From Camelus dromedarius (Eukaryota): a DNA stretch of 64,000 nucleotides. Of this stretch, positions 23,627 to 37,185 are shown piece after piece. Positions within the stretch are counted from its first letter, which is position 1, and the number at the start of each line of letters is the position of its first letter. The stretch is from NCBI RefSeq assembly GCF_036321535.1, contig NC_087436.1, positions 88,476,001-88,540,000 of the forward strand. Direction: 5' to 3'. The notes under the pieces were generated by a model. It made no database searches, had not been told where the DNA came from, and worked only from the letters and a program-made list of their open reading frames with translations. The position numbers and the translations under genes were made by a program.

Positions 23627-26085
23627 TGTGCTGGAAATCTTTATTTTCATCCACCCTATTCTACCCAGGAAGGATGACCTGTAGGGATTAAATGTGGTAG
23701 CCAGCCTCCATGATGGCTCAGCGAGTCCAGCCTCTGATATTCATTCTTATCCACCCTGTACTCTACCCTGGAAAAGCAGGCTGTAGGGCTTGGTTCAATA
23801 AGCTTCCAAGCCCTCTGGCTTCTGTTTGCATTACACGCATGGGGAGCCCTGGAAGGAAGTTGTGGGGGCCTTGAGCTGGCCGTGTCCCTCAACAGCAGAT
23901 CATTGCTCCTGTAAAGTGGTCTCTGCTCTACTTAACTCTCTCTCACTTTCCTGATCCTTTTGGACCCAGGGATGGTGACAGTTCCACCATGGTGGGACCC
24001 AGGCTTCTGCACATTCTTTATGGTTACTTTACCCTCTTCCACACCTTTGTAATTAGTCTCTTTGTAAATAAACCCTTTAAAAATTATTCAAATTTAAGTA
24101 TGTCATGTTTTGTGTTGGAGCCCTGACACTGATACAGTCATTGGTATCAGAAGTGGCTTTGGGAAACAGAGTTGAAATTGGATCTGGGATTTATTTGGTC
24201 ATATAGTTAGAGGTCCAGCCTTATTGCTGGGAGGAATATTATCAATTATCAATCAATTACCAATTGTCAATCACTCACGTTATCACTGGTGCCTGGGATG
24301 AAGGGCAAAATGTTGGCTTTATGAGGCTTCTAAAAGTCCCAATATGAGAACACAGCACAGACCTCCAGAAATTTGGAGCTGTGACTTGAGCCTGTGCTGA
24401 TAACTATTTTTGACTGGGAAAAGTAGTTCCTGGCTTGCTACTGGTGAAGACTGAATGCTTCATCCACGGACCGTGAAATATTTATGCGATCCAAACTGCC
24501 TGTCGTGAGCTGAGTGTTACCTGATTCACTGAACCAAGAAACTGGGCATGCACAGCAGTAACCCATCATAATTTGGGAGTGGTATACATGAGAGTGAGCC
24601 CAAGAAAACTTCATGAGCAGGCTTCATGTTCACGTGGCTCCCGTTCCTCCTTCTCCTTCCACTCACACCAGAGGCCCCAAGAGGAATTTCCCATTGGGGC
24701 TGATTTACAGATAGATCTGCATCCTGAGTCCACATGAACAGGAAATTAACAGCCATTGTACTATGACCCCTTTCAGAGGTAGCCTGAAAGATTGTGTTAA
24801 AAAGAAATTCTTTCTGTACTTCAAGAAGTACAGCAGTTTGTTCACTTCATTAGGGAAAATAATCTGAGGCACTGATCTACGGTGACTCATAGGCAATGGC
24901 AAAGAAGTTGGCCTGCTGGTCGTGAATGTGGAAAGAACAAGACTGGGAGACTGGTGAAAGATCTGGCGGAGAGGAATGTGCTTGAAACTCTTGGATGGGG
25001 AGAGAATGAGAAGATGTAACCAAAAGTCTCCAAGATGATCCATCTTGTGGAGTCAGTTAACCTTTTCTTAGTTCCACTGGTCCTTGCTCAGTGGTTCTCT
25101 GAATACTCTTACCACGTGTCCCGTAACTCAGAAGCAGCTGGCTTGCTAGGACAGAGGAGTGGCCTGTTAAAGGCTCAATTCCTGTGACATCGGGGAGACG
25201 ACATCTTGCAAAGTGGGAGTGGTGTCCTCTAGGATGCAATAAATGTCTTAAGCCAGCAGCAAATATGGTGCTGTTCCCATACAGCAGGATGCGTGAGTCT
25301 GGGAACAAAAGAGTAGAGACTAGAGTGGCCCCTCTCACTACCTAATAACCCACTGGAATATTGTTACGCTGTTTCCCTGTGACCTTGGTTTGCTGAATGT
25401 GGAGAGTCCAGTGCCGAACAGAAGAGTCATTTCCTTAGGGAATGTTGGAAGTTGAGGCTGCCCTCTAACCATTTTGGGATTCCTTGTGTCACTGAATTGA
25501 TAGGCACAGGAAGGGGTCAGGGTAGCCAGGATGAGTATCCTGATTCCCAAGAAGGAATTGGGTTCATTCTTCCTGATGAGGACAAAAAGGGCTTTGAAAC
25601 TCAGGGAATTCACTCGCTTTACTTCTTAAAATTCATAATAGTCCTGGTCAGTGGAAAATTCTAACAACCCCATTAAGATAAGATCAGCTATGGACCCAGA
25701 TCCCTCAGGAATGAACATTTGGGCAATTCCATCAGATAAAGCACCCCCTGAAGCCAGAGTGTTGGCAGAGGCAAGGGGGAACAAGTAATGAGTGGTGACA
25801 GAGGGCATCTGTGATCAACTGTGGACTCAGGACAGCTATAGAGGTGGGAATTGTAGCAGCTATGTTTTATATTTCTCTTCTTTTCTCCTCATTTCCTTCT
25901 CTATCTTACTTAGGAATCCTAATGGTGGTTAATGTACCAGGTTTCAGGTGGGAGTATGATCAAATTGACATCACCTGGTGATACTATAGTACCTGATGGG
26001 ACTCCATTGCATCCCCTTTTCTGGGGAGAGTGGATGCGGAGGGGTAGATTGTACTGGGGTCTTTTGTTTGCACCCCTCTTCTGTG
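23627..26085 (+). mobile_element. Decayed ERV-L provirus: LTR33-like 5' LTR (23627-24136), deleted internal pol/dUTPase remnants, start of 3' LTR
   Basis: LTR end ccctgacactgataca, then PBS-like tggtatcagaagtgg; RNase H-region remnant near 24430-24600; dUTPase-like LRLPSNHFG...PDSQEGIG (ORF 25452); purine tract ggaggggtagat then TGT at about 26050. Confidence 0.7.
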
Positions 26086-27337
26086 TTCCAGAACTTTAGG
26101 GAAAATATCTAATCTAATCTTCTCAACAACCCTATAATGATAATAATATTTTTGGTTACTCTTATTGTTCTAGGTGCTTTATATGAATTCATTCAGTTAA
26201 TGTTCACAGAAGCCTTATATACTAAGTATCCTATTATTCCCATTTTACAGATGAGGAAACTTAAGCACAGAATAGTTAAATAACTTATTTAACCCACAAA
26301 GTTGGAGATTAACATCTGCCCTTTAATAGCTTCTCAAAGCGGGTAGGTATGATTATCTTGTTTTTACAGATAGGACGACAAAGACTTAGAGAAGTAAAGG
26401 GACTTATCTCAGATATAGTTGGTTCCCCTGCCCCCTAGCTAGAATTCACACCCAGATCTTTCTAACCTCAAAGCTAACACTCATATCTAATGTACTCTGC
26501 TTCCTTAATAATACTTCCTTTCCAGGTATCAGTATGAGAAAGAACTGACGGTGAAATACAGATTCTAGGAACATAAAACGTCCTTTTGATAAAGCCAAAT
26601 TTTATTTATAGCTTAAAAAAGGGCAAATGATCGATCTTAAACAAAGATTAAGCTTGACAATAAAAGTGTAAACATGACTAGGATTTACTAGCTAGCTAAT
26701 GCTTTCTTTAAATATTCAGTTTATGTTTGGCCCTATTCCATAGAAAATTTGAGAGCCCAAAAGGTAGAAATATATTTTTATACATAAAATGTAAAAATAA
26801 AATAAATATGGTAAATTATATTATTATATATTATATTATGCTAAATGCATTATAAATATATTAAATATTATATTTAATATATTTGTATTATTTTGTATAA
26901 ATATATATATTAAAAATATTTTTGAAGAAATGTGATGGACCTAATTCAAAATCCCTGCTAATAAACTTTCAAGAACATTGCTTTTGGAATCATATTCTTT
27001 CGATGTTTGTTAGCAAGTCCTGATCAGGGTAGAGGAGGCTGCAGTGGTCATTTCTCACTCACTGACTGAGGAAATGCATGAAACCAGACCCGGGGAGAAA
27101 CGCCTGAGAAGGGAAACCGCAGTGGCCAGGGTGCCAGTAACTTATTTTTGTGTTAGTGACAACTTTCTATCTTCTACTAGTGAGGAAGGGCATGGTCAAG
27201 ACTTTGCATCTGCTTTAGAAAAATTTCTATCCCCCCTGCCCTCAGGGATTTCCTCCTTTGGAATAGCACCACCAGCCTCATCTATCCAATGTCATGGACT
27301 CATGATTTCTAACGGTTGAGAATGATCTGCTTTTCAG

Positions 27338-27392
27338 ATAATACCATCCAATCAATTTTCTGTTGCTGCTGTTGCTGTTCTGTGCAGAAGCG
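27338..27392 (+). CDS. TXK: TXK exon 2, cysteine string: (Y)NTIQSIFCCCCCCSVQK(R)
   Basis: ttttcag acceptor, CG|gtaagt donor; 55 nt; six consecutive Cys, diagnostic of TXK/RLK. Confidence 0.97.
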
Positions 27393-27520
27393 GTAAGTCT
27401 GTTTCCGAGGGCAACTCCTTGGAAATTAATTCATTCCGTTTCTTTGTCTGTCAGGTCTCCATGTCTCTTTGTATCTGCTGTTCCCTTTGCCTGGGAAACC
27501 TGTCTCCCATTTTCTCCCTG

Positions 27521-27660
27521 TTTTTTTTTTTCCCTTGGTGGGGGGAGATAATTAGGTTTATTTATTTGTTTATTATTATTTTTAATGGAGGTACTGGGGA
27601 TTGAGCCCAGGACCTCGTGCATGATAAGCACTCACTCTACCACTGAGCTGTACCCTTCCC
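27521..27660 (-). mobile_element. tRNA-Ala-derived SINE (Vic-1-like)
   Basis: Minus strand: gggaagggtacagctcagtggtagagtg...ctgggctcaatccccagtacctcc, then aaacctaattatctcccccc and an A tail. Confidence 0.85.
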
Positions 27661-28605
27661 ATTTTCTTGCTGTTGAATGCACATTCATTTAAAGCTAGCT
27701 ATAGGTCAAAGTGTCAGGTCTGTGATCCTTCCTTGATCCTCTTGGATTTAACTACTCCTTCTGTGGTGTATTCAAAGCATGCAGCTTGGTTCTTTATTTC
27801 ATATTTATTTCATAATATTTCATAAATATTTCATATTTATTTCATGTTTATGTCTGTGTTTCACTCTGTAATTATTACCCTTTAAGGGCAAGAATCCTGT
27901 CTTATGTATTTGAGTATCTCCCCAAAACCATCAGTGTGTTTTACACTTTGGTGCCCAGCAAAGGATGTATAAGGATAAAATCCAGGGCACCATGATGGTA
28001 GTATCAGCCAGCATTGAGTGGGAGTGTCTTATGTGTCAGACTATGCTAGGAAGTTTGCTTTTTCTAGCTCAAGTAACTCTCAAAACCACTCATGCTTTTT
28101 TACAATCCCCGTTATACAGGTGGGGAAATTGAAGCTTAGAGAGGTGACATTGCTTACCCAAGGCCACACTATGAAATGGTAGATCTGGGATTCAAACTCA
28201 TGTTCTTAATCACTCCACCGTGCCCACTTGAAACAGTAGATACCATCGAATGAGGTGATGCCTGTAAAATGATCAACACTGTGTCTGACACAGAGGAAGG
28301 TCTTCACATCATGATTATAGTTTTATGCCCCTAATATGCCCCAGATTCTGTACTGAGCATGTGACATGTGTTTTCTTAATTTTATTTCATAACAACTTTA
28401 TATACTCTTAGCATCTCTAGTTCCCAGATAAGAAAAATGAAGTTCTGAAAGGTAGTAACTTGCCCAAGGAAATGGAGTTAGGAAGTCTTCTAAATAAAAA
28501 AGCAGTAGGAAGGAGATTTTCCCACTAGTTTGTGATAATCTAGTAGATTTATAGACAATTTGGGTCCAAATGATCATTTGTAACATGATTACTCTTCAAT
28601 GTCAG

Positions 28606-28708
28606 ACAAGTGAGGACACAAATAAGCCTGAGCAAGGATGAAGAACTTTCCGAAAAATACACACAGCGTCGCAGACCATGGTTCAGTGGATTGCCAAGTA
28701 AGAAGCAA
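28606..28708 (+). CDS. TXK: TXK exon 3: QVRTQISLSKDEELSEKYTQRRRPWFSGLPSKKQ
   Basis: gtcag acceptor, CAA|gtgagt donor; 103 nt, in frame. Confidence 0.95.
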
Positions 28709-29393
28709 GTGAGTATCGTTTTGATGAGGCAGAAGGGCTAGAGGAAGGTGGCATTTTTAGGGTCTGTGCTTCATGAGGTACTGTTTGCTGCACTGCCTGG
28801 AACCTAGTATCATGCTTGGCACATAATAAGCTATCAAAAAACATTTAGTGAATCAATGTCCTAGAAAAAAAGTGAAAGAAAAAAAGGCCAGTTAAAATAG
28901 CCTACTCTCCTACATTTTGGCAGAACTGGAAATAGGAAAAAAAAATATATTCTGGCTACTGCCATTTTGAAGCCAGGAGTAATTTTCTGTTCAGTGTTGG
29001 AGAATCCGTTTCCTTGGGAAGTGTGATAAACCGAAACACAAGCTTACAGTACATGAAAGGGAAGAGCTGTTTTTCTGTTTCCAAGAGAGGAAAGTCCTTA
29101 AAGTGTAACTATTAAGGAGATAAAATTTTAAGAATTGTGAGATGAAAAAAAAATCAATGCAATGCTGGCAAGAGAATTTGTGATCTTGAGAGTTTACAAA
29201 ATGATGAGTGTGTGGCTGGACTGAAAGGCTGTTTTAGAGTTAGTCATTTCCTACGTTTATCCCGCCCTGGCTTCTGTTTTGGTGCAGTTGGGTAGGAGAA
29301 TGAAGCAGCAGGCAAACAGCCTATATATGCCTCTTCTTATTTAGTACAGATTACTGAAACAAATTACAGCGACTCACTCCTTAGTTCTTACAG

Positions 29394-29599
29394 TCCAACA
29401 GTGGCCGTGTGCAACCATCAAAACGCAAGCCGCTGCCTCCCCTCCCGCCATCTGAGGTTGCTGAAGAGAGGATCCAAGTCAAGGCACTGTATGATTATCT
29501 GCCCAGAGAGCCCTATGATTTAGCGTTAAAGAGAGCAGAGGAGTACCTGATACTGGAGAAGTATAATCCTCACTGGTGGAAGGCCAGAGACCGCCTGGG
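29394..29599 (+). CDS. TXK: TXK exon 4, KRKPLPPLP proline-rich region and SH3 start: SNSGRVQPSKRKPLPPLPPSEVAEERIQVKALYDYLPREPYDLALKRAEEYLILEKYNPHWWKARDRLG
   Basis: ttacag acceptor, GG|gtaaga donor; 206 nt; SH3 ALYDY and WW motifs (ORF 29409). Confidence 0.97.
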
Positions 29600-29889
29600 G
29601 TAAGACTGGTGGCTTGGTCTTTACCAAATCTCTCCTCTTTCGTTCTCTAAAGACTTTTGAAGCATAAAGTAGTGGTTTATTTTCTCCAGGTGTATAACTT
29701 TTCCTTGTAAATGAAATAGAACCCATTCCCACACCTCCCCATCTGTATGAGAGAGCATTTTTGCACCATGATTTCAGGCAGACTCTCAGAACTGGGCACA
29801 CGTGGGTTTATATCCTGATGTTGCCAGGTACTTCTGTGTGTCCTTGGGCAAGTCACTCACTCTCTCTGAGTCTTCTTTCTCCCCTTGCC

Positions 29890-29925
29890 TTCTTTCTTCT
29901 TTCTTTCTGTCTGTCTGTCTTTCTG

Positions 29926-29997
<72 letters not shown>

Positions 29998-30012
29998 TCC
30001 TTCCTTCCTTCC
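29890..30012. repeat. (TTTC)n/(TCTG)n/(TTCC)n compound microsatellite
   Basis: Seen directly; likely derived from the tail of the adjacent antisense L1. Confidence 0.95.
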
Positions 30013-30722
30013 TCAGGTATAAATGACATATAATATTACATTAGTTTCAAGTGTACAATATAATGATTCAGTATTTGAATATACTGTGAAATAATCACTA
30101 CAAGTCTAGTTAACACCCATCACCATACATAGCTACAATTTTTTTTTTCTTGTGATGAGAACTTTTAAGATTTACTCTCTTAGCAACTTTCAAACATGCA
30201 ATACAGTACTATTAACTATAGTCACCATGCTATACGTTATATCTCCAGGACTTATTCTTAACTGGAAGTTTATACCTTTTGACCCCATTCACCCATTCAT
30301 CCTCCACCTACCCCCTGCCTCTGGCAACCACCAGTCTGTTCTTTGTATCTATGAGCTTGTTTGTTTGTTTTTTCAATTTTTAATTTTTTTTTTTGGATTC
30401 CACATGTAAGTGAATATGGTATTTGTCCTTCTCAGTCTGATTTATTTCATTTAGCATAATGCCCTCAAGGTCAATGTTGTTGCACATGACAATACTTCAT
30501 TCTTTTTATGGCCAAATAATATTCCATTGTAGATATATGTACCACATTTTCTTTATCCACTCATCCATCCATAGACACTTGGATTGTTTCCATATCTTGG
30601 CTATTGTAAATAGTGCTGCAATGGGTGCATATATCTTTTTGAGTTAGTGTTTTCATTTTCTTCAGATAAATACCCAGAAGTGGAACTCCTGGATCATATG
30701 GTAGTTCTATTTTTAGTAAGTT
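30013..30722 (-). mobile_element. L1 3' fragment
   Basis: gattgtttccatatcttggctattgtaaatagtgctgca and cccagaagtggaactcctggatcatatgg are typical L1 ORF2 end/3' UTR. Confidence 0.85.
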
Positions 30723-32198
30723 TTTGTTTCTTTATTTGTAAAATGTGGGAAAAAATTCCTACCGTATAGATTCTTATTCTGATTTATGCTTTCTTTGGGA
30801 ATTTGACGTTTTTCCTGTTAAGCTCCAAGGTAGAAACAGAAACAGAATTGTACTCATTTTCATATTTCTACAATAACTAATTTTGGAAATAAACATTGCA
30901 ATAGTTGCTGTATCAAGTTGGAGGAAAAAAGACCCTGGGATGCAAAAAAACTTCATTTCAGCTGCAATATATTGTTACTTCCAGACTGGAGTCTTGGGTA
31001 GAGAAGAATTCTGAGGAGTATCTGAGCTTTCTAGGAGAGAATCCTGGCATTGATTTCTGATCCTTGTCAAGATTTGGAGATTATAAGTATCTAAGCATTT
31101 GAAGTACAGACATCCCTCTTTCTTTATGTTTTCTTGATGATTTGGCTCTTTTACCAGTTCTTTGTTGAGATTCAACATGTGATGGAGACCTTTCAGTGGG
31201 AAAAGAGGTATTAGGAGGTTCAGGGCTGTGTAATTAGTTACTCCTGCAGGTGGCCTATTGGCATGACTCGGACTTTAAAAAAACCCCAGTTTTTAACTTC
31301 AAAGCTAATAAGTGAATATTCTTTTTAAAAATAATATTCAAACAAGATAATTAATGCCAAAATTCTGTTTTGCTACACTTCCAAACCCAGTCTCTTTCCC
31401 CAAAGTAAGCACCATTATTCCTTTAGTTAGTACCCATCCAGGTTATTTTAAACACACTCTCATGCATGTATTGAAATATATGATATTGTTTGCAGATCTG
31501 ACTGACCTAAATCTTACCATATTTTATGCATTGCTCTGCAACTTGCTTGTGTTCCTCAACAACATGTCTTGGAGATGTTTTCATGATTTTAAATTTCAGA
31601 TTTTACTGATGAAGGTATAGGAAGAGAAACCCCTCCCCTGCCAATTAGTGTGTAAATGGATATATTTCCCTTCAATAGCAATTTTGCCATGTCTACTGAA
31701 AGCTGTACATATTCTGTGACCTGCAATTTCCCTGCTTGGTATCCGTCTTAGAGAAATACTCTTGCTTGTACACAAGAAGGCATGTTCAAGTATTTTTTAA
31801 ATAGCATTGCTGTAATAGGGGTGTGACTAAACTAAAATATTTCATGGAATATTCTGTAGCAATTAGAGTTAAGTCAATATCTTTGTAATAAGATGTCTTT
31901 TTAATCTAGACACTGTGATGTGCTAGTGATCACAAATGCCTGTTATCCTCTTTGCAAAGATTTTCATGTCACAAAACATCTTGAACTACTCATATTGTAA
32001 CTCAGAAACTTAGTATTTCTCATGCAGAGATTTTAGTTGAATGTTGAAATGAAAAAAGCTTTTTTCTTCTTTCAACAATTTAAGTGGTCAAATGAATCGA
32101 TTTCCCCCCACGTCCTTTAGGTGTTTAAAAGGATTGTTGCCACAATAATGCCACAAATGTGCCAAGCGTTTTGATTTTTGCTTTGTCTTTTGTTGTAG

Positions 32199-32264
32199 GA
32201 ATGAAGGCTTAATTCCAAGCAACTATGTGACTGAAAACAAACCAACTAATTTAGAAATATATGA
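32199..32264 (+). CDS. TXK: TXK exon 5, SH3 end: NEGLIPSNYVTENKPTNLEIYE
   Basis: ttgtag acceptor, GA|gtaagt donor; 66 nt; GLIPSNYV motif. Confidence 0.97.
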
Positions 32265-33874
32265 GTAAGTTTCCTCCAAAATATGTCCTATGGTTGATCT
32301 ATGAAAATCAAGTACATTTGGGCAGCTTGTAAGTATAGATGCTGGTTTTGGTCTGTGAAAGGAAAAGAAAGTAACACATTTGGCAACTTTAGCTTAAGAG
32401 TTCTTTGATCCTTATAATGGTTGATTCAGAAACTTCTTTTCTTAAAATTACTTTTGTTTTGCTTTGTGTGGCCATTTTTTAAAAAATTGTAACAGTGACA
32501 GCGTGAAACCAGTCATCTTGCACTTATTTTACTGTATGTCCTACATGGAAAAGTTATTATTTTAAAAATGACATAATTTGTTAAATGAGTGGGAAATCGG
32601 ACTTAATATATAGACAGATTACTGTATTTTGGCTCATGTTTTGAAATGTTTTGGAAATCGCTGAAGATGAGAAGTAGGCTAATGCTGTGGTTTGGAAGAA
32701 ATTTGGTATGTTCACTAGAGTTCTGCTTAGAAGTTCATTTTTGTTACACTTAACCGATTTGGAAGATGGAGTTCTTAGCAATCTCTTCCTTAGCCTCTCA
32801 TTCTGCAGATCAGAAACTAAGGCTGAGATATTAAGGTGCAAGTAGGGAGTGGCAGAGCTGGGAGTGGTCCTCGTCTTTTATAAATTTAGGTTCGCAGTTT
32901 GAGCACTGGAGGACCTGCTCCCTGCTTAGATACTTGTTTTGCAGTTAGCGTGTGTTCCAGCAGAGGTGGTAGGTGATGCGAGTTGAGGCATTAGGACAGG
33001 TGCTTCTCCGAGAACCAGGCAAATTGAGCAAGTTGAGCAAACTGAGCCCCGCCTTGGTCTGCCTTGCGGCTAATTTGAGCCCACCTGCAGGCCAGACTCA
33101 ACATATCCCTCTCCTAAAACAATCCAATTCTAAAAGCCTTAGTGAAAAATGTAGACTGTATTGGAGGGGAAGGAGGTGACCGCAGGATCCATGACACATC
33201 TACATAACTTTACCGGACCTCCCAGTGTGCTCTTTCTGTTCTGTCTCCCAAGTCACTCCCCTTAGCTCCACCACAGGGTCTCTCCTCTCTTTCCTTCTTC
33301 ACTCAGCTTGTCATGCCCGTCTCTTGACCTGTGTCATTTAACTCTGCTCAGAAATTCCCGTCTCCACTCAGTAAAACAAAGCCCCCCAGTGGGTGAACCC
33401 ACCTTCCTTAGCAAACAGTTGCACAACGACCTCCAGTTACAGAGGCAAGCCCCTTGGGGGTCTTACTCCTAGCCCCAGCTGAAGCAGCCCAGCACAAACA
33501 GGTCTCTTTCAGGGCCAGGTCAGGGGAGGTTTTGTTTGAAAAATCTGCTAAGAAAAATCAGAAAAATAAGACTCCCCCCAAACCCATCATAACCCCAGTT
33601 TGGATTTTCTAAGCGATTAAAGATCTGTGTGAAGGAACCTAACGCAGTGCCTGGTGGTTAGTGAGTGGACGCTTACTAAGCAGCAATGCTGCTTTCTTTC
33701 CTTTCACTAGGAATTAATTCTCCTTGCTTCCCCTGTTTAGACTGGGCTTGGAGTTTGTCTCTCACCAGTTGCTTACACTGTAGATATTGGATCATGAATT
33801 AAACTACTCTGAGGTTCGAATTATTATCTCATTTCGTCGGCCTGGATTTATGTATCTTTAAAAGTCATCTTCTA

Positions 33875-34001
33875 GGGAAGGGTAGGGTATAACTTTGTGG
33901 TAGAGCGCATGCTTAGCATGCATGAGGTCCTAGGTTCAATCCCCAGGACCTCCATTTAAATGAATAACTAGATAAATAAATAAATAGATAGATAAATAAG
34001 T
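33875..34001 (+). mobile_element. tRNA-Ala-derived SINE (Vic-1-like)
   Basis: ggtagagcgcatgcttagcatgcatgaggtcctaggttcaatcccc with (taaa)n tail; imperfect TSD aaaagtcat. Confidence 0.85.
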
Positions 34002-36994
34002 AAAAGTCATTGTCTTTGATGACTCCAATTATGAAAAGACTAATTTTTAGTTTTATTGCTGTTTCTTTAAAGAAGGGTTTATTAAAATATAGATATAATA
34101 ATTATCAATATAAATCACTAAAATTCATCAACCCTATGCCGAGCATTGTTCTAATGACCGTATAGAGATTACTGCCCTGTGTTGAAGTGGAGTGGCATGG
34201 GCTTATAAATCAGAGACATCTGGGTTCAAGTTCAGCAGCATCACTGACTAATGGTTTGGCTCTGGGCAAAGTTATTTTACTGTCTCTAAACCTCTGAATG
34301 ATCCGAAAACTGGGGACAATAATGCCTGTCTCATTCAGTGCATAGTAACTGGTCAGTACATTCTAGCAATGATTATTTCCTTGAACTGTGAAACTAACAA
34401 GGAAGGGCATTTATAGTTTGGTCCAGCTTGCTTAGTATTACAGGTGTGCTACATTCATAGTTACTTCTGCCCCCCAGTCACTTTATTTGTTCAATCTTTC
34501 TTATTGTATGCTTAGAGTGTACCAGATGTTAGCTGTTCTGGGCATTAGAAATAGAGTACAGAGAAGCAGTCTCTGTCTTCATGGAACTTATAGCTTCATG
34601 GGGAAATAGACATTAAACAACCCCAAATTCACAAATAAATAGATAATTGTAAGTTGTGGTGGTATGAAGGAACGCTGTGGGACACAAGGAGAAAGCAGCA
34701 GGGAAGGGGCTGTGATTTGGAAGAGGGTGTTGGGTGGGAGGAGCTCTTTCTAAGGAAGTGACTTGAGGGCCAAAGAGGACAGGAGAGAGTTAGGGGGCCG
34801 ATAGGGGAAGGAGTGCTCTGTGCATGTGGGCTTCTGACGTCTCGAGGGAGTTTTTATACATAGGAATATTTATGGCTCCTTTGGTTTGAAATTAATATCC
34901 AAATTATCAACATTATAGTATAAAAACCTAGTTTTCAGTAAGCCTTCAAATTTAACTTGTAAATCTTGATATACTGTTTATAAATCTAAAAAAATAAGAA
35001 TGATCACTTTAATTCATACTCAACATAGGAAATGTCCTTAAACAATCAGTCTTATTTATAAGTTCAGTTAATTAAATTTCCTGAAACATTTAACTTCCAT
35101 TAATAAATGGAATACATTCAGTTTTCTTTTTAAGTGCTTCACATGCCTGAGGGGCAAATCTGCAGTTGTAACAGCTCTTTGTAAGCCCTTACATGATCCT
35201 GGAAATGTAATAAATTAAACATATATGTGTGGTAAATCAAATTCTCTTAACTGTGCAAATGTCATTTTAAAAATTAGTTAAATCTTCTTAAACTTCAAAT
35301 AAGTTTAAGATTAATTATAAATTTAAAATCAAAGACAAAAACCTGATATGCTAGATTCTTTTAAAATTATAGATATCTAAAATAGCAAACATTGATTATT
35401 CTGAGCTATGGAAGTATGAGTCTGATTTATCTCGTTGTCTCTATGCTGCATGCTTAATCTTTTCAGGGTTAGGAAGTCACTTACTAAAGCTGATTTGCCT
35501 TCCCAGATCTATTAGGGTCTCCAGGTCTAAAACTCAAGACCATAACTTATTGATCTGTTACTTATTGATCAGAAACCTAAGACTGGGACATGGAACTTGA
35601 GGCTTACATATATATAGGATGATTGTACCCAACCACAGTTGGACATGCTGGATTTTTTTTTTTAATATGTTGTTAGAAGCCCCACCCCAATCCTGTCTAC
35701 ATCATTCAGTGTTAGTTTAATGATCAGTGTTGTCTTGGTAAAAGAGAGCCTTACCTCTCTGAAAAAACAAACCAAAACAAAACAACTCTTCTAACTTTTA
35801 CCCTTTGATTTAAATAGATAAAATTCTGAAATACCATGCCCCCAGCCTCCTCTAAATTGCATTCTTCCTATCTTTTTCTGCCTTACATATATTATGATAA
35901 TAATGCAGATGGAGTTCTGCGTTATTTTAAAGGATCTTTAATTCATCATATGTTTCTTTTTTAATATCATCAATTGTAAGGTGATGTTCAAATTTTTTTA
36001 TAATTGAAGTATAGTTGATTTACATCATCATTTACTTCTATCTGGCTCTTTTGTTACTACTTTAAAGTCATTCTAAGCATGACTTCCTCATGGATGGACT
36101 CAATTTACATTTAAACAAAATTAATATATTTACTTATATCATTTATCACTATAATAAATACATACAAAGCAACAAAATTAATACCAACACATTTTTTTAT
36201 TTAGAAAAAAATCAATTTATGTTAATTTTTCCCTTTTTTGCATATCATTATGCAGTCTTGGCTTTTTAGCATCCATATTTCACAATGTAGCCAGTGAGGG
36301 GTGCCCTTTAAACTAATTCCTTGTGTCTTTAATTCTGCTTCATTTATTTTGAAAGAATTTCTTCTTTCTGTAACAAGAGGTCTCAGACTCATCTTGAAAT
36401 TTCCTCCCACAATATGAATATTCATTAAAAAGTACTGAGTGATATTCACGGGTTAGCATCATAGCTACTCTTATCCCATTAGCGACAGGTGGCTGTATTA
36501 CTCCAGAATCACCTGTCATCATCCTCTATTCTCTGTGGTTCATCTTTTTAAAAGTCCATTTTCAATTTGAGGACATTAGTATTTTTAAAACCTGACCATT
36601 CTAATTCAGTGGCAGCTTTCTGCTATGAATGGAGAGGGGAAGTCCACGTGATAAGATAGGTTCCATTCTCAAGGGCAGGTATGAGTTTCATTTAGCCATC
36701 ATCTGGCCCACCCACCTGACTTAATGCATGGTTATATACGCATTCTTCCTTCCGCTGTCCACGCAAACAGTATTTCTGGTAATGTTAGATTAACTCCTTT
36801 TAAAAATCTTGTTTTGAAATGAAAGCTCTTCCATTTTTCTTTCTCTCTCCTTTGTTTTACTATTTCCTGTCTTTCCTGTGCAACATTTGCTCACTGATGT
36901 GTTGTCATATCAAGCCATATACTTTAATTACAGTGTTACTTAATTATGATTATTGTGTCTAGCTCCAGTGTTCTAAAGTCATTTAATGACATGT

Positions 36995-37185
36995 TTCTTT
37001 TTTTTTTAACATTTTTTTTGATTTATAATCATTTTACAATGTTGTGTCAAATTCCAGTGTAGAGCACAATTTTTCAGTTACCCATGAACATATATATATT
37101 CATTGTCACATTTTTTTCTCTGTGAGCTACCGTAAGATCGTGTAAATATTTCCCTGTGCTTTACAGTATAATCTTGTTTATCTAA
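36995..37185 (-). mobile_element. Short young L1 3' end
   Basis: Same 3' UTR as 20112-20542; flanks taatgacatgtttc / taatgacttgtgtc. Confidence 0.8.

Noticed and set aside
29761..30033. FLSF-repeat ORFs
   Set aside because: Translation of the (TTTC)n microsatellite.
33875..33955. tRNA-Ala(AGC)-like sequences (also near 27590, 43680, 48370, 51340, 52430, 58980) as tRNA genes
   Set aside because: Diverged stems, A-rich tails, TSDs and a shared non-tRNA tail identify them as SINEs.
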